Source of the DNA: Reinekea blandensis MED297
GTDB taxonomy: Bacteria; Pseudomonadota; Gammaproteobacteria; Pseudomonadales; Natronospirillaceae
Assembly (NCBI RefSeq): GCF_000153185.1
Contig: NZ_CH724155.1
Span: forward strand, 29,678-76,452
Length of the DNA: 46,775 bases
Direction of reading: 5' to 3'
Shown here: piece by piece, positions 1 to 10,481 of the stretch
Layout: each line of letters starts with the position of its first letter
How positions within the stretch are numbered: the stretch's first letter is position 1
The notes under the pieces: generated by a model
What the model was told of the DNA's origin: nothing
Database searches by the model: none
The model's input: only the letters and a program-made list of their open reading frames with translations
Program-made: the position numbers and the translations under genes

Positions 1-179
1 CGGATGACTGTCTAAAACCGGTCACAAAGCCCTATAATAAGAAGTCATTCTGCAGTGGTTTCTCATGCGCGGTTCGCGTGCATCAAGTGGTGAGTTTGCG
101 GTTTATGACGGCGTTTTCTCCGGAAAGTTTCGTCATCAGCTGCACACAGCACCCTTTTCTTGAGAACCTGGAGAACACC

Positions 180-1478
180 ATGAACATTGTCATTGTAGGA
201 GGCGGAGCAGGCGGGGCCGAACTGGCCACCCGACTGGGACACAAATACGGCAAACGAAAAAAACACAACATTACCCTCATCGACAGAAACAACACCCATC
301 TGTGGAAGCCGCTGCTGCACGAAGTCGCCAGTGGCAGCCTGGATATGGGCGTTGATTCACTGAGTTATCGGGCCCACGCTTACAACCATCATTTCCGCTT
401 CAAACTGGGCTCCCTTGAGGCCGTTGATCGGGAAGCGCAGGAAATCACCCTGTCACGGTTGGTGGACGAGGACGGTAACGAAATCCTGCCGGAACGGAAG
501 CTGCCATACGACATACTGGTACTGGCCCTGGGCAGTGTCACCAACGATTTCGGCACGCCCGGTGTGCGTGAACATTCGATTTTTCTGGATGCCCCGAAAC
601 AGGCTGAACGCTTTCATCGCAAGTTGCTCAATGGCTTGCTCAAGCTGAACCGCAGCGCCATGACCGATCGTGATGCCGCCTATCGAATCGCCATTGTCGG
701 TGGCGGTGCCACGGGCGTTGAACTGTCGGCCGAATTGCACCACACCTTTAACACCATGAAAGCCTATGGCCTTTCCGAACTGAAAACCGAACAGTTAAAA
801 ATCAGCCTGCTCGAAGCCGGACCCCGCATCTTACCCGCCCTGCCGGAACGGATATCGGGCTCGGCACATAAAGAGCTGGAAGAGCTGGGTGTACAGGTAC
901 GCACTCAAACCATGGTCGCCGAAGCGCAACCTAACCGATTTATCACCAAAGATGGCGAAGCCATTGAAGCCGACATTCTGGTCTGGGCAGCGGGCGTGAA
1001 AGTGCCGGATGCGTTCAAGGGGCTTGCCGGGTTGGAAACCAATCGCATCAACCAATGGCAGGTAAAGGGCACGCTGCAAACGACCGAAGATGAACACATC
1101 TACGCGATCGGTGACTGCGCCGCCTGCATGATGGCCGACGGTAAACAGGTCCCCCCACGTGCGCAATCGGCACACCAAATGGCCACTCATGCGTTTAAAA
1201 ACATCTGCCGGCAGATCGAAGGCAAAGGCGAACTGACGGACTACGTTTACAAGGACTATGGCTCGCTGGTGAACCTGAGCCGCTATTCCACCGTCGGCAG
1301 CCTGATGGGCAGCCTGACCCGTGGCAGTATGATGATTGAAGGACGCATTGCCCGCTTTATGTATGTGTCACTTTATCGCATGCACCAACTGGCGCTGCAC
1401 GGCTGGTTCCGCACCGGCCTAAGAATGCTCAGTGACAGCATCAACAAGGTCATCCGACCGCGTCTGAAACTGCATTGA
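180..1478 (+). CDS. ndh: Type II NADH dehydrogenase (NADH:quinone oxidoreductase, NDH-2)
   Basis: N-terminal Rossmann motif [18 protein letters not shown] and a second dinucleotide motif [17 protein letters not shown]. The length is typical of Ndh. The ATG at 180 follows GGAGAA. The ORF track start at 78 is probably too long. Confidence 0.85.
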   Translation: MNIVIVGGGAGGAELATRLGHKYGKRKKHNITLIDRNNTHLWKPLLHEVASGSLDMGVDSLSYRAHAYNHHFRFKLGSLEAVDREAQEITLSRLVDEDGNEILPERKLPYDILVLALGSVTNDFGTPGVREHSIFLDAPKQAERFHRKLLNGLLKLNRSAMTDRDAAYRIAIVGGGATGVELSAELHHTFNTMKAYGLSELKTEQLKISLLEAGPRILPALPERISGSAHKELEELGVQVRTQTMVAEAQPNRFITKDGEAIEADILVWAAGVKVPDAFKGLAGLETNRINQWQVKGTLQTTEDEHIYAIGDCAACMMADGKQVPPRAQSAHQMATHAFKNICRQIEGKGELTDYVYKDYGSLVNLSRYSTVGSLMGSLTRGSMMIEGRIARFMYVSLYRMHQLALHGWFRTGLRMLSDSINKVIRPRLKLH

Positions 1479-3077
1479 TGCGTCCTTCAGCCGTTGCCGG
1501 AATATCGGCAACGGCAACGCCTTTTCATAATACCAACCCTGCGCGAACCGAATGCCCTGTTGCTGCAACCAGTCCCGTTCCTGTTCGGTCTCGACACCTT
1601 CGGCAATGATGATCAGATTCAGCGATTGCGCCAGTTGCACAATGGTTTTCAGCAACTGAAAATCAATACTCTCCGGTGAGTCGATGGCGTTCACAAACCG
1701 TCGATCAATTTTCAGAAAATCCGGAGACAAGTTGGAAAAATACTCCAAACCGGACTGTCCAGTGCCAAAATCATCCAGCCCAAACAGAAAGCCCTGTTGT
1801 TTTAAGCGGCTAACCACGTCTTGAAAGCGGCGTCGACCGGTTTCCTGCAAGCCGTGTTCAGTTATCTCAAAACGAATATTGTTCGTGTTAAATGCCGGGT
1901 ACTGCTCCGCCAATGCCACAATGGCCGACTCGGTGCGCTCATCCACATGATTCGGTGACAGATTGATGCTGATGTAAAAATCGTCAGGTAGAGTGCCCCC
2001 GTCCAGCGACTTAAAGACACGCTCAGTCAGCACACGGGTCAGGGTTTTAATACGCCGGCTTGCTTCGGCCGCCGGTATAAACTCGTCAGGGTAAGCGACG
2101 GTTCGGCCGGCACGGCGCCAACGAGCGAGCATTTCAGCACCCACCCATTGACCTGTTTCCATATCGACAATTGGCTGCAACTCCGGCTCAAACTCGTGCT
2201 GTCTCAAGCCAACCTGAATCTGATATTCAATGGAATTAACCTTGTTGTGGCGGTAGGCCAACCAACCCCAAGCCGCCAACAGGCTAAGGGCGATGAACAG
2301 GCTGACCTCCGGTAAGCGCTGTTGAAGTGCACTCAGATAGGAGGGCGGGTTATAGAAATAACCGACTGATACGGATGGGTATTGCAACGAGGTCTGAGTC
2401 ATCAAGCTGCGACGCTCTATCACGTCAAATTCCGGATCGCCCTGTCCTAAGCCTTGCTCCAATTGCGCTATCTCTCCGGAGTTTAACAGCCCATTCATTG
2501 CAATGTGTTTTCGGGCAAAACTATTAAACAACACAATGGAATCGCCAATTGGAATATTCTGAGCCAATGCTTGGCGTAAGTAAGTCGAAGAGATCAAAGA
2601 TACGATCAATGTGTTCTCAGAACCCGGTCGATACGCCAAAACGCCGGTTTTGCCAACCAAGCCAATGTACTCTTCACCGCTCAGATGCAAACCTGAATGC
2701 TGCAAGGGTAAATCAAGAGATAAGTTGCCCAGATTGCGCAACCAATTGGTACAGCGAACCTCATTGAACTGATTCACCATTGCAAAGGCTTCAACGCCAG
2801 GAAGGTCATAACTCAGACGATGCATCAAATTCCGGGTCTCGGCATCGCAATGATCGGAAGCAATTTTCAAATTGATCAAGGCACCATTCAGATGATCCAG
2901 AACAATTTCAAAATTACTCAGTGTTTCCTCGGTCAACTCCGCTACCTGTGTTTGCTTTTGCTGATGATCGACCGCTAAAACCATCAAACTGTAACTGCTG
3001 AACGGAATCAGTAGCAGAGCTAACGCGACCGCAATACTGAGCCAGTCTCGTAATGTGTTTAGCCAAGTTACCTTCAC
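1419..3077 (-). CDS. Membrane c-di-GMP phosphodiesterase with a periplasmic CSS-motif sensor domain and an EAL domain
   Basis: N-terminal TM segment ([14 protein letters not shown]), a periplasmic region, a second TM, then a C-terminal EAL domain (RFEITEHGL..., [24 protein letters not shown]). It overlaps the ndh 3' end convergently. Confidence 0.8.
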   Translation of the reverse strand: MKVTWLNTLRDWLSIAVALALLLIPFSSYSLMVLAVDHQQKQTQVAELTEETLSNFEIVLDHLNGALINLKIASDHCDAETRNLMHRLSYDLPGVEAFAMVNQFNEVRCTNWLRNLGNLSLDLPLQHSGLHLSGEEYIGLVGKTGVLAYRPGSENTLIVSLISSTYLRQALAQNIPIGDSIVLFNSFARKHIAMNGLLNSGEIAQLEQGLGQGDPEFDVIERRSLMTQTSLQYPSVSVGYFYNPPSYLSALQQRLPEVSLFIALSLLAAWGWLAYRHNKVNSIEYQIQVGLRQHEFEPELQPIVDMETGQWVGAEMLARWRRAGRTVAYPDEFIPAAEASRRIKTLTRVLTERVFKSLDGGTLPDDFYISINLSPNHVDERTESAIVALAEQYPAFNTNNIRFEITEHGLQETGRRRFQDVVSRLKQQGFLFGLDDFGTGQSGLEYFSNLSPDFLKIDRRFVNAIDSPESIDFQLLKTIVQLAQSLNLIIIAEGVETEQERDWLQQQGIRFAQGWYYEKALPLPIFRQRLKDASMQFQTRSDDLVDAVTEHS

Positions 3078-3393
3078 AATGTGACCCTAACGAAAAATTC
3101 TTTGGCAGATAAATTTCGATCTCCTTTCCCAGTGTCGACTGCAATCCCAGCTAGTCTCGAGGTAAAACCTAGTAGACAGACGCTTGGTTATATGACCATT
3201 CAGTGACAATTTGATGACAACCGTTTACTGCAACGCTTAAGCCTCTCTAGATGTCAGAACTTTGGCGCAAACAGCACCGATATTGCCCATTAAAACTTTA
3301 TGACAGTAATGAAATGTTCGGTGTCACAAAACGTTCATCAAATTCACACACCCTCGCGCCGCTATCGTTTTAAACCTCAAAGAATCTCTGCTT

Positions 3394-5025
3394 ATGAAAG
3401 TGAAACACAAGCTCATCATCCTGGTCTGCTTTCCAGCGCTGATCACGCTCACTTTGGCAATCGGCATTAGCCGGACGATGACACTTTTATCCGAGTCCAC
3501 CGATACGGTGATCGAGCAACGACTCAAGCCCACCTTGTTGTTGAAAGAAATCAACACCCTCTACTCACGTGACATTATCGATCTGACGCATAAAACCCGA
3601 GCCCAGATGATGTTCTGGGACGAATCCGACGCTGCGCTTACCGCCGCTACGGCTGAGTTGGACAATTTGTGGACTCAGTACCGCAACCTACCTTTATCAT
3701 TGGAAGAACAGGTTCTGTTAGATGAAAACGCATTGGCCTTTGAACGCGCTGAGAGCGTGGTCAATCAATTGCGCCGCTTCATCGACGACAAATCCAGCTA
3801 CTCAATGGGTACTTTTGTCGACCTGGAGCTCTATGGAGAAATTGAGCCCATCTTGACCCTGTTATCGGATCTGATCGATCTGCAGCAAGCCAAAGCCGAG
3901 GAAACCGCGACTGAAGCCAATGCCCTGCGACAACAGAATCAGCTGTTTCTGATCATTCTTGGCGGCAGCCTGATATTGCTCAGCTCGATTCTGGGCATTT
4001 GGATCATCCGTGGTCTGCAAATCGATCTGAACCAACTGCTGACGGCCATTACCCACATTGAACGGACTCAAGATCTCTCTGTACGAACCGGATTGAACAA
4101 ACGCGATGAGTTCGGTGACATGTCTCGGCGCTTTGATCGGATGATGGATGGCTTCGCTGCTGTCATTGAACAAACGCAACAATCAACAAGCTCTCTGCAA
4201 CAGGCGACCGAAACCCTGTTGCAAGTCAATGAGGACAATCGAACGCAGAGCCATCAGCAGCGTACCTCACTGTCGTCGAGCGAGTCCGCCATGCAGCAAC
4301 TGGGCGAATCTGCCGGCGTGGTGATGCATCACGTTGAACAGACCCACGCCCTTGCCGCTAACGTTCGTGAACTGTCCGAAAGTGGGAATCAAGCCGTCAT
4401 CAACACCGTTCAGACCATCAATCAGGTTTCCGATCTGGTGTCTAACACCTCCGAGAGCATGGCGGCCCTGCGCAGCCACATCGAGGAAATCGGGACCGTT
4501 GTCACCGTCATCCGGAACATTGCAGAACAAACCAATCTACTGGCGCTGAACGCCGCCATCGAAGCCGCTCGTGCCGGTGAACAGGGTCGGGGCTTTGCCG
4601 TCGTGGCCGATGAAGTTCGCAGCCTCGCCAGTCGAACCGGTGAAAGCACAGCACAAATACAAAGCATCGTTGAACAGATTCAGTCCAGCACCCAGTCAGC
4701 CTGGGAACTGATGCAACGCGGAGAACAGGCCACGCACGACGCGGTCAGTCAAGCGGAAGACTCCGGAGAGAAAATTGAACGCATCACTGCACAGTTTGGT
4801 GTAATCGAAAACAGCGCCAATGCGATCAAGGAAGCATCCATGAGCCAAACGCAGACGATTGAAGAAATGCGACGTCAGATAGCGGCGCTCAGTCACCTGT
4901 CTGAAGACGGCGAGCGCCTATCAGAACAAGGGATGGAGGTTGCACGATCAATGGCAACCACGGTCGAGGACGTCGGTCTTAACATCGGTCGTTTTCGTTT
5001 GACTCAGGACGAACCGCGTTCTTAA
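3394..5025 (+). CDS. Methyl-accepting chemotaxis protein (two-TM sensor, HAMP, MCP signalling domain)
   Basis: Signal/TM at the N-terminus, a second TM ([22 protein letters not shown]) followed by a HAMP-like segment, and the highly conserved MCP signalling core ([38 protein letters not shown]). Confidence 0.9.
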   Translation: MKVKHKLIILVCFPALITLTLAIGISRTMTLLSESTDTVIEQRLKPTLLLKEINTLYSRDIIDLTHKTRAQMMFWDESDAALTAATAELDNLWTQYRNLPLSLEEQVLLDENALAFERAESVVNQLRRFIDDKSSYSMGTFVDLELYGEIEPILTLLSDLIDLQQAKAEETATEANALRQQNQLFLIILGGSLILLSSILGIWIIRGLQIDLNQLLTAITHIERTQDLSVRTGLNKRDEFGDMSRRFDRMMDGFAAVIEQTQQSTSSLQQATETLLQVNEDNRTQSHQQRTSLSSSESAMQQLGESAGVVMHHVEQTHALAANVRELSESGNQAVINTVQTINQVSDLVSNTSESMAALRSHIEEIGTVVTVIRNIAEQTNLLALNAAIEAARAGEQGRGFAVVADEVRSLASRTGESTAQIQSIVEQIQSSTQSAWELMQRGEQATHDAVSQAEDSGEKIERITAQFGVIENSANAIKEASMSQTQTIEEMRRQIAALSHLSEDGERLSEQGMEVARSMATTVEDVGLNIGRFRLTQDEPRS

Positions 5026-5084
5026 CAGGAAAGTCATCTTTGTCGACTAGGGTATCGACCATTCCCTTTGGGTTGGAGCAAAAC

Positions 5085-5363
5085 ATGAATCAACGACTGT
5101 TCGCTGCACTTGAACACCAGGTTATTGCTATCTTTGATCAGCACGGCTGCCCCGCGCATTGGCCAGAACTGGCAGACTTTCTGCGCCGAAAGGCTTCGAT
5201 CGGTTTACGGGAAATCGGTCGTCAAACCTACCTGGTTGCCGACAACGGTTACGATCCGCAAACCTTCGGACTGAACCGATCGTATGTGGTGATGCTGAAA
5301 CTGGATGCGCCGCTCAACCTCAAAACACTGACCGAGCCAGACTCATCAGCTGCTGCAGCTTAA
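5085..5363 (+). CDS. Hypothetical small protein
   Basis: ORF with GGAG 5 nt upstream of the ATG at 5085. I do not recognise a family. Confidence 0.35.
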   Translation: MNQRLFAALEHQVIAIFDQHGCPAHWPELADFLRRKASIGLREIGRQTYLVADNGYDPQTFGLNRSYVVMLKLDAPLNLKTLTEPDSSAAAA

Positions 5364-6764
5364 ACTGACCGATGCCGGGTGCTCCGGTGCCCGGTGCCAC
5401 ACCACCCACTCATCGCGTGATTCAAACGGCGACTGCAGCGCCGCAAACAGGCTTTCAAATGGCGCAAAGTCCTGCTGGTGAGCGGCATCGATGACGGCCT
5501 GCAAATGATGTGTTCGGGCAACTGTGGCCGGATTGACCGCGAGCATCTGTTCCTGGCGGCACTGATCATCGTTGTCCAACTGTGGCTGGATGTCAGCAAA
5601 CCAGCGTTTAAACCGATCCCGATCCACAAAGTCATCTGCCAACGTTACCCAATCCTGCAAAGGTGTCGACGACAGCTCCCGAAACTTCAGATGGAAGTCC
5701 TGCTGCTCTGAGTTCAACAGCTGTGTCCACTCATTGATCTGCGCCATCGTCAGCACTGTGCCTGGGCGAGCACCCAACCGTTTGGACATCAGACGTTGAT
5801 ACGCCTGTTGATACAGATCGTGATACTCAGCCAGACATTCGGCCAAAGCTCGCGCATCCGAAACCGTTGACAGGGCCTGCCCAAGCCGCTGTAGATTCCA
5901 CAGACCCACACTGGGTTGCTGATCGAACGCGTACCGACCCAACTCATCGGTATGATTAAACACCGCGTTCAGCTGTGTCTGATCCAAAAACGCATAAGGC
6001 CCATAGTCGAAGGTTTCGCCGAGGATGCTCATGTTGTCGGTGTTCATCACACCATGCACGTAACCATAGGCTTGCCAGCCGGCGATCAGGGTCGCCGTGC
6101 GTGAGATTACGCTCTTAAACAACGCGACCACCGGATCTGTCGCCGTGGCGGCCTCCGGGTAATGATGACGGATGACAAAATCGATCAATGCACTGAGTTT
6201 TTCAACTTGGCTGGAAAACGCAAACCACTCGAAGTGACCGAACCGGATGTGACTTTCGCTGACCCGCAGCAACGCCGCTCCGGGCTCCACGGTTTCCCGA
6301 TACACCGCCTCGCGACTGCCGATGAGTGCCAGGGCGCGCGTGGTCGGAATGCCCAGCCCATGCATGGCTTCCGAACCCAGAAACTCCCGAATGCTCGAAC
6401 GCAAGACAGCACGACCATCGCCAAAACGACTGTAGGGCGTTTTGCCAGCCCCTTTGAGATGCATTTCCCAGACAGTGCCGTCCGGTCGTTGCCATTCACC
6501 GAGTAACAACCCACGACCATCGCCCAGCTCCGGATTCCAGCCACCAAACTGATGACCGGCGTACTTTTGCGCGATCGGTTCATGCCCCTGAAACAACGCG
6601 CGTCCGGAGAGGACGGCGAGCAAATTGTCATCAGCCTGCGCCGGAAACTGAAGGGCTTCGGCCAGCTCAGCGTTCCAGCCCACCCAATAAGGGTCTGGCA
6701 ACGGTGTCGGCATCACCTTGCTGTAGGTGTCTGGCAGTTCATTCAGGTATCGGGTGGTGAACAC
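5346..6764 (-). CDS. selO: Protein adenylyltransferase SelO (YdiU/UPF0061 family)
   Basis: Similar to E. coli YdiU across its length. Motifs include GHQFGGWNPELGDGRGLLLGE, GAGKTPYSR, HGVMNTDNMSILGETFDYGPY, and the characteristic C-terminal ...SLSCSS. Confidence 0.9.
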   Translation of the reverse strand: MFTTRYLNELPDTYSKVMPTPLPDPYWVGWNAELAEALQFPAQADDNLLAVLSGRALFQGHEPIAQKYAGHQFGGWNPELGDGRGLLLGEWQRPDGTVWEMHLKGAGKTPYSRFGDGRAVLRSSIREFLGSEAMHGLGIPTTRALALIGSREAVYRETVEPGAALLRVSESHIRFGHFEWFAFSSQVEKLSALIDFVIRHHYPEAATATDPVVALFKSVISRTATLIAGWQAYGYVHGVMNTDNMSILGETFDYGPYAFLDQTQLNAVFNHTDELGRYAFDQQPSVGLWNLQRLGQALSTVSDARALAECLAEYHDLYQQAYQRLMSKRLGARPGTVLTMAQINEWTQLLNSEQQDFHLKFRELSSTPLQDWVTLADDFVDRDRFKRWFADIQPQLDNDDQCRQEQMLAVNPATVARTHHLQAVIDAAHQQDFAPFESLFAALQSPFESRDEWVVWHRAPEHPASVSLSCSS

Positions 6765-6919
6765 TCTGGTGACTCGTCGAAGGGTGTCTTTGCAGTATAC
6801 GAAGACTGAGCCAAAAAAGACGGGGCTTTACTTCAATTTACCCGGACGCAAACGGCTCAAAAACGGCCGACACTGAAAACGCATGGAAATCGCATCGAGT
6901 GGAACAGGATGTCTAAAGG

Positions 6920-7399
6920 TTAAGAACCCGCCATGCGAACCAAGGCATCGCCTTCAAACCGGTAATACTCTTTATCGGTGACCAATCGGGCACCGATACT
7001 TCGATAGTACTCACCTGCTGTAGGATTGGTTCTTTCTGCGGTCCAATCCATACGCCAACAATGGTGATCAACGGCCAGTTTTGCCAAATATTTAATGAGG
7101 GTTAAACCAACACCTTGACCTCGGGCCGATGAGGATACAAACAGCTCTTTCATATACAGCTGCCCGGATTGCTTTGGTGCAGGGTACATGATGGCATAGG
7201 TAGCAAAGCCGATTATCGTCGTCTCTTCATAGACCGCAACGATCTTGACTCCAGAGTGCTCGGAAAACACTTGCTGTTGCAGGTAGTTCTTCAACTCTTC
7301 CTTAGTCGCCGCCTGCTCGCCGAAGTAATAGACTTCGAGTTCGCGAAAGATATCGACGAGATCAAGGCAGTGATCACGGCTCAGATGTTTTATATCCAC
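6920..7399 (-). CDS. GNAT family N-acetyltransferase
   Basis: 159 aa with an acetyl-CoA binding-like segment (RGQGVGLTLIKYLAKLA). Confidence 0.65.
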   Translation of the reverse strand: MDIKHLSRDHCLDLVDIFRELEVYYFGEQAATKEELKNYLQQQVFSEHSGVKIVAVYEETTIIGFATYAIMYPAPKQSGQLYMKELFVSSSARGQGVGLTLIKYLAKLAVDHHCWRMDWTAERTNPTAGEYYRSIGARLVTDKEYYRFEGDALVRMAGS

Positions 7400-7602
7400 T
7401 CGGATTCCTCTCTATTCATAAACTGGAGTTCATATCATGGTGGTCGCCGTCAAAAAACGAAACCAGCACTGCTTATTCTTTCGGGCAACGATAACGTCCT
7501 TACAATGTCGTCCAGAAGTCTGTCGTTCCTTAAGCTCGATTAGGCTGTTTGAAGACCTCAGCCCTTGGTAAACTCCACTCATCTGAGAATACGGCAACTC
7601 AA

Positions 7603-8163
7603 ATGCGCGCAATCCTTCGAATAACTCCCTTGTTGATCATTTGTCTACAGGCACAAGCTTGGGATCGTGAACCAGCCATTGCGGCCTCCGTGGTCAGCCT
7701 GTTGGTTTGGAATCCAATGCAGTTAAACGGTGTTGGCTTTGACCAGATGAGTGATCATGATTTTGACCGGACTCGCATGCTGTGGCTTTGGGGTTTCGAT
7801 GACAGCATAAAAGAATGGGGATGGCTGACGTTGGAGGGTCATCTGGAACTGGGTTTTGGTCAAACGACACCCACCCCTCCCGACGTATCAATTGGCTTAA
7901 CCCCTATCCTGGAATGGACCGTTGAACGGGGTCCATGGCGGGGATTTGTCGAAACTGGTCTCGGTGCACATTACCTAACCCGAACCACGCACGAAGACCG
8001 CGATCTGTCGACACACTTCCAGTTTGGTGAGACATTAGGAGCCGGTGCCCGATACAAAAACCTACAGCTCAGTCTGCGTTTTCAACACCTGTCGAATGGC
8101 GATATCGTCAAACCGAATAACGGATACAACTTCTATGGCATCGCGCTAAAATTCTGGTACTGA
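7603..8163 (+). CDS. Outer-membrane lipid A deacylase PagL / acyloxyacyl hydrolase family protein
   Basis: Signal peptide MRAILRITPLLIICLQAQA. Beta-barrel-like alternating pattern, C-terminal HLSNG catalytic-type motif, and an aromatic C-terminal residue (FWY). Confidence 0.65.
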   Translation: MRAILRITPLLIICLQAQAWDREPAIAASVVSLLVWNPMQLNGVGFDQMSDHDFDRTRMLWLWGFDDSIKEWGWLTLEGHLELGFGQTTPTPPDVSIGLTPILEWTVERGPWRGFVETGLGAHYLTRTTHEDRDLSTHFQFGETLGAGARYKNLQLSLRFQHLSNGDIVKPNNGYNFYGIALKFWY

Positions 8164-8189
8164 CGCGATGCCATAATCTGCGGTTAAAA

Positions 8190-8576
8190 TCAGACCATCA
8201 GGTTCGCGACGGTTTTCAGAATATCGGCTTCACGTTGATGCAGGTAGCCGTCACTGACCGCCAGCTCGCGTAACATAGTCAGAACGTGCGCATCACTTTT
8301 CAATGCCGGGACTATCGGTTCCAGATAGGCGGTAATCTGGTGTTCGGCGAGAGCGTCACGACTGCGGGCAATCATGTCATGGTGAAAAGCCGACTTCGAT
8401 TGTGAGCTTTTATCCCAGGGCAGTTCGGCCAACAAACGATCGAACAGTTCCTGTTCTTCCATTTTAACTTTGCCGTCAGCCTGATAGAGCAAGGTGGCGA
8501 GCTTAATGATCGCTTCTGACTTTTCCTGATCAACGGTCTCGCGCAGCTCCAGCCACTGCAGCAGTTCTTTTAGCAT
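8190..8576 (-). CDS. Hypothetical protein, TerB-like (tellurite-resistance TerB / DjlA N-domain-like) fold suspected
   Basis: 128 aa, acidic and helical, with a YQADGKV..EE.ELF motif reminiscent of TerB-family ADG..E motifs. Weak. Confidence 0.4.
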   Translation of the reverse strand: MLKELLQWLELRETVDQEKSEAIIKLATLLYQADGKVKMEEQELFDRLLAELPWDKSSQSKSAFHHDMIARSRDALAEHQITAYLEPIVPALKSDAHVLTMLRELAVSDGYLHQREADILKTVANLMV

Positions 8577-8693
8577 GGGATGGTTCCTTGTCTGTTGTTA
8601 TCGTTATAGGGCGTTCAGTCTACTGAAAGCTCAATATGCTGAACAGCCAAAAACGAAATCATGCTAGTGTCCTGAGTCAGGGCACTAACTTAA

Positions 8694-10361
8694 TCAATGC
8701 GCGACACTCTGTACCGTTTCCCGCAACCAATAGCGGGTTTTCGCGGTATCCGAAACCTGTGGCGTCTGGTAACTGTCCAAGCCACTCAACCAGGCATCCA
8801 CCACGCTTAAAATAGGCTCCGGTGCGTGCAACTGCGGTTCAGACTGCTGATACCCTTCGGCTTTTTCCCACTCACTGACCAGATCGTATGCCTGATGAAA
8901 CGCGTACCGGAACGAGTGCGTTTGCGGTAATGCCTGTTCAAAGAAGGCCCGACCGAAAAAGGTGAAGTCATTATCGTCGCTGCAACCAAAGGAGGTTCGA
9001 TCCGCCCGGGCGGCGGTAAAGATCAGCGTGTTCGGATCTTTAAGCTCAGGTATGAACCCACCGGAAAAGCACGCACTGATACCGATGATTTTATGTTGCA
9101 CAGGCAAGTCGGCAAGCACCGTGGCCAAATGCGACGCCGGCAGATCGGTCAATTCGATCTCCGGGTGTTTCAGCGACAACTGATGATCGCGGCTGCCATG
9201 GCTGGTCATGTAGACGAACAGAATGTCCTCTGGATTCATCTTCTCCGCTATTGCTTCCAGTGCGCGGGTAATCGAGGTTATGGTCGCCAACGCAAACTCG
9301 TCCGAGGTTTCATGGCTGTTGATCAGCACCTGCGTTCTGTCGACGGCTTGAAACTCACGTTCAAGCAACTGCTGAGCAAACAACACTTCCCGTTCAAATA
9401 CCCGTTGTGAGCCATCCCCGGCAACGCCCAGAAAATACAGTTCGGTCTGTTCCGGATCACCTTGCGCAATCTGTTGCAGTGATTTTTCCAGCAGATCAGT
9501 CTGTGTATAGAGCGCCCGTTCGGCGGCAGGGCTTTGGTACTCACCGGTCGGTTGAAAACGTTGTTCATCCTGAAACCACTGCCCGCTGATGGTGTCACCG
9601 CTTTCAGCCAAGGTCAGCTCCCCTTGGCCGTGGCGCTGTTCACCCATCAGATACCCGACATAGTGGTCCCCGTTTGCATAGGTGACGGTCATGCGACCAC
9701 TGGGCTGGCCCCATTCGAAGTCGCCTTCAATGACCATGCCCTCAGCCGTTTCCAACACGCCCTGACCGTGAAACATGCCGTGCTGAAAATCTCCCGTGTA
9801 GGTTCGGTTGTTAGAGCTCAGTGCCCCCTGACCGTGATAAGACCATTCCTGAAACTCACCCTCGTAACGTTCATCCTCGCCATCGCTGTAGGTGCCGGCG
9901 CCGGTCAGTTCACCCTGTTCAAACGTGCCTTCCCAAACCTGACCATCAGCGGTCACCACTTTGCCGGTGCCGTGCAGCAGACTGTTTTCAAAGGTTCCTT
10001 CGTAGCGGGTGCCATAAGCATCGATTTGATGACCGCTCACCAGCTGGCCATTGTCGAACTGCCCTTCAGATTGCTGACCCGTAGCCGCGGTCAGGTCGCC
10101 GGGTCCTGCTGGCACACCTTCAACAAACTCACCTACATAGCGGCGCCCATCCGACCAGACCCGTTCACCCAGCCCGTGCATGCGCCCGTCACGAAAGGCG
10201 CCCTCATAATAAGCGCCGTCCGGCCAGGTTAATCGGCCCTCACCGTGAAAACGCTGATCCTGCAGTTCCCCTACGTAGACACTGCCATCCGGCAAGGTTA
10301 TCGATTCCGCCAAGGCCAATGGCAAACAGCAGTACAACAGGAGTATCCGTAGAAAAGGCAT
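8694..10361 (-). CDS. Secreted MORN-repeat protein fused to a C13 (legumain/caspase-like) cysteine peptidase domain
   Basis: Signal peptide (LLLYCCLPLALA). About 10 tandem MORN-type repeats (YxGxxxxGxxHGxG, e.g. YVGELQDQRFHGEG, YEGAFRDGRMHGLG, YEGTFENSLLHGTG). The C-terminal domain has a His/Cys dyad (FVYMTSHGSRD and IIGISACFSGGFI) typical of clan CD peptidases. Confidence 0.7.
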   Translation of the reverse strand: MPFLRILLLYCCLPLALAESITLPDGSVYVGELQDQRFHGEGRLTWPDGAYYEGAFRDGRMHGLGERVWSDGRRYVGEFVEGVPAGPGDLTAATGQQSEGQFDNGQLVSGHQIDAYGTRYEGTFENSLLHGTGKVVTADGQVWEGTFEQGELTGAGTYSDGEDERYEGEFQEWSYHGQGALSSNNRTYTGDFQHGMFHGQGVLETAEGMVIEGDFEWGQPSGRMTVTYANGDHYVGYLMGEQRHGQGELTLAESGDTISGQWFQDEQRFQPTGEYQSPAAERALYTQTDLLEKSLQQIAQGDPEQTELYFLGVAGDGSQRVFEREVLFAQQLLEREFQAVDRTQVLINSHETSDEFALATITSITRALEAIAEKMNPEDILFVYMTSHGSRDHQLSLKHPEIELTDLPASHLATVLADLPVQHKIIGISACFSGGFIPELKDPNTLIFTAARADRTSFGCSDDNDFTFFGRAFFEQALPQTHSFRYAFHQAYDLVSEWEKAEGYQQSEPQLHAPEPILSVVDAWLSGLDSYQTPQVSDTAKTRYWLRETVQSVAH

Positions 10362-10420
10362 GCACCATCCTTGTCATTTTAAAAGGTTTAGTCGACATCA
10401 TACCGGGCACTCGCGAACAG

Positions 10421-10454
10421 AAACAACAAACCCCGGCTCAAGGGCCGGGGTTTT
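10421..10454 (-). terminator. Rho-independent terminator downstream of leuA
   Basis: Perfect 8-bp GC-rich stem ACCCCGGC/GCCGGGGT with a 6-nt loop. On the minus-strand RNA it is followed by UUUGUUGUUU. Confidence 0.55.
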
Positions 10455-10481
10455 CAATCAGCAGATTACTCGAGTCTGACG

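Noticed and set aside
63-320. 85-aa and 70-aa minus-strand ORFs at the 5' edge
   Set aside because: They are antisense to the ndh start region and have no independent support.
9534-10232. 232-aa + strand ORF inside the MORN/C13 gene
   Set aside because: It is antisense to the MORN repeats, which give a recognisable periodic protein on the minus strand. It has no start context.
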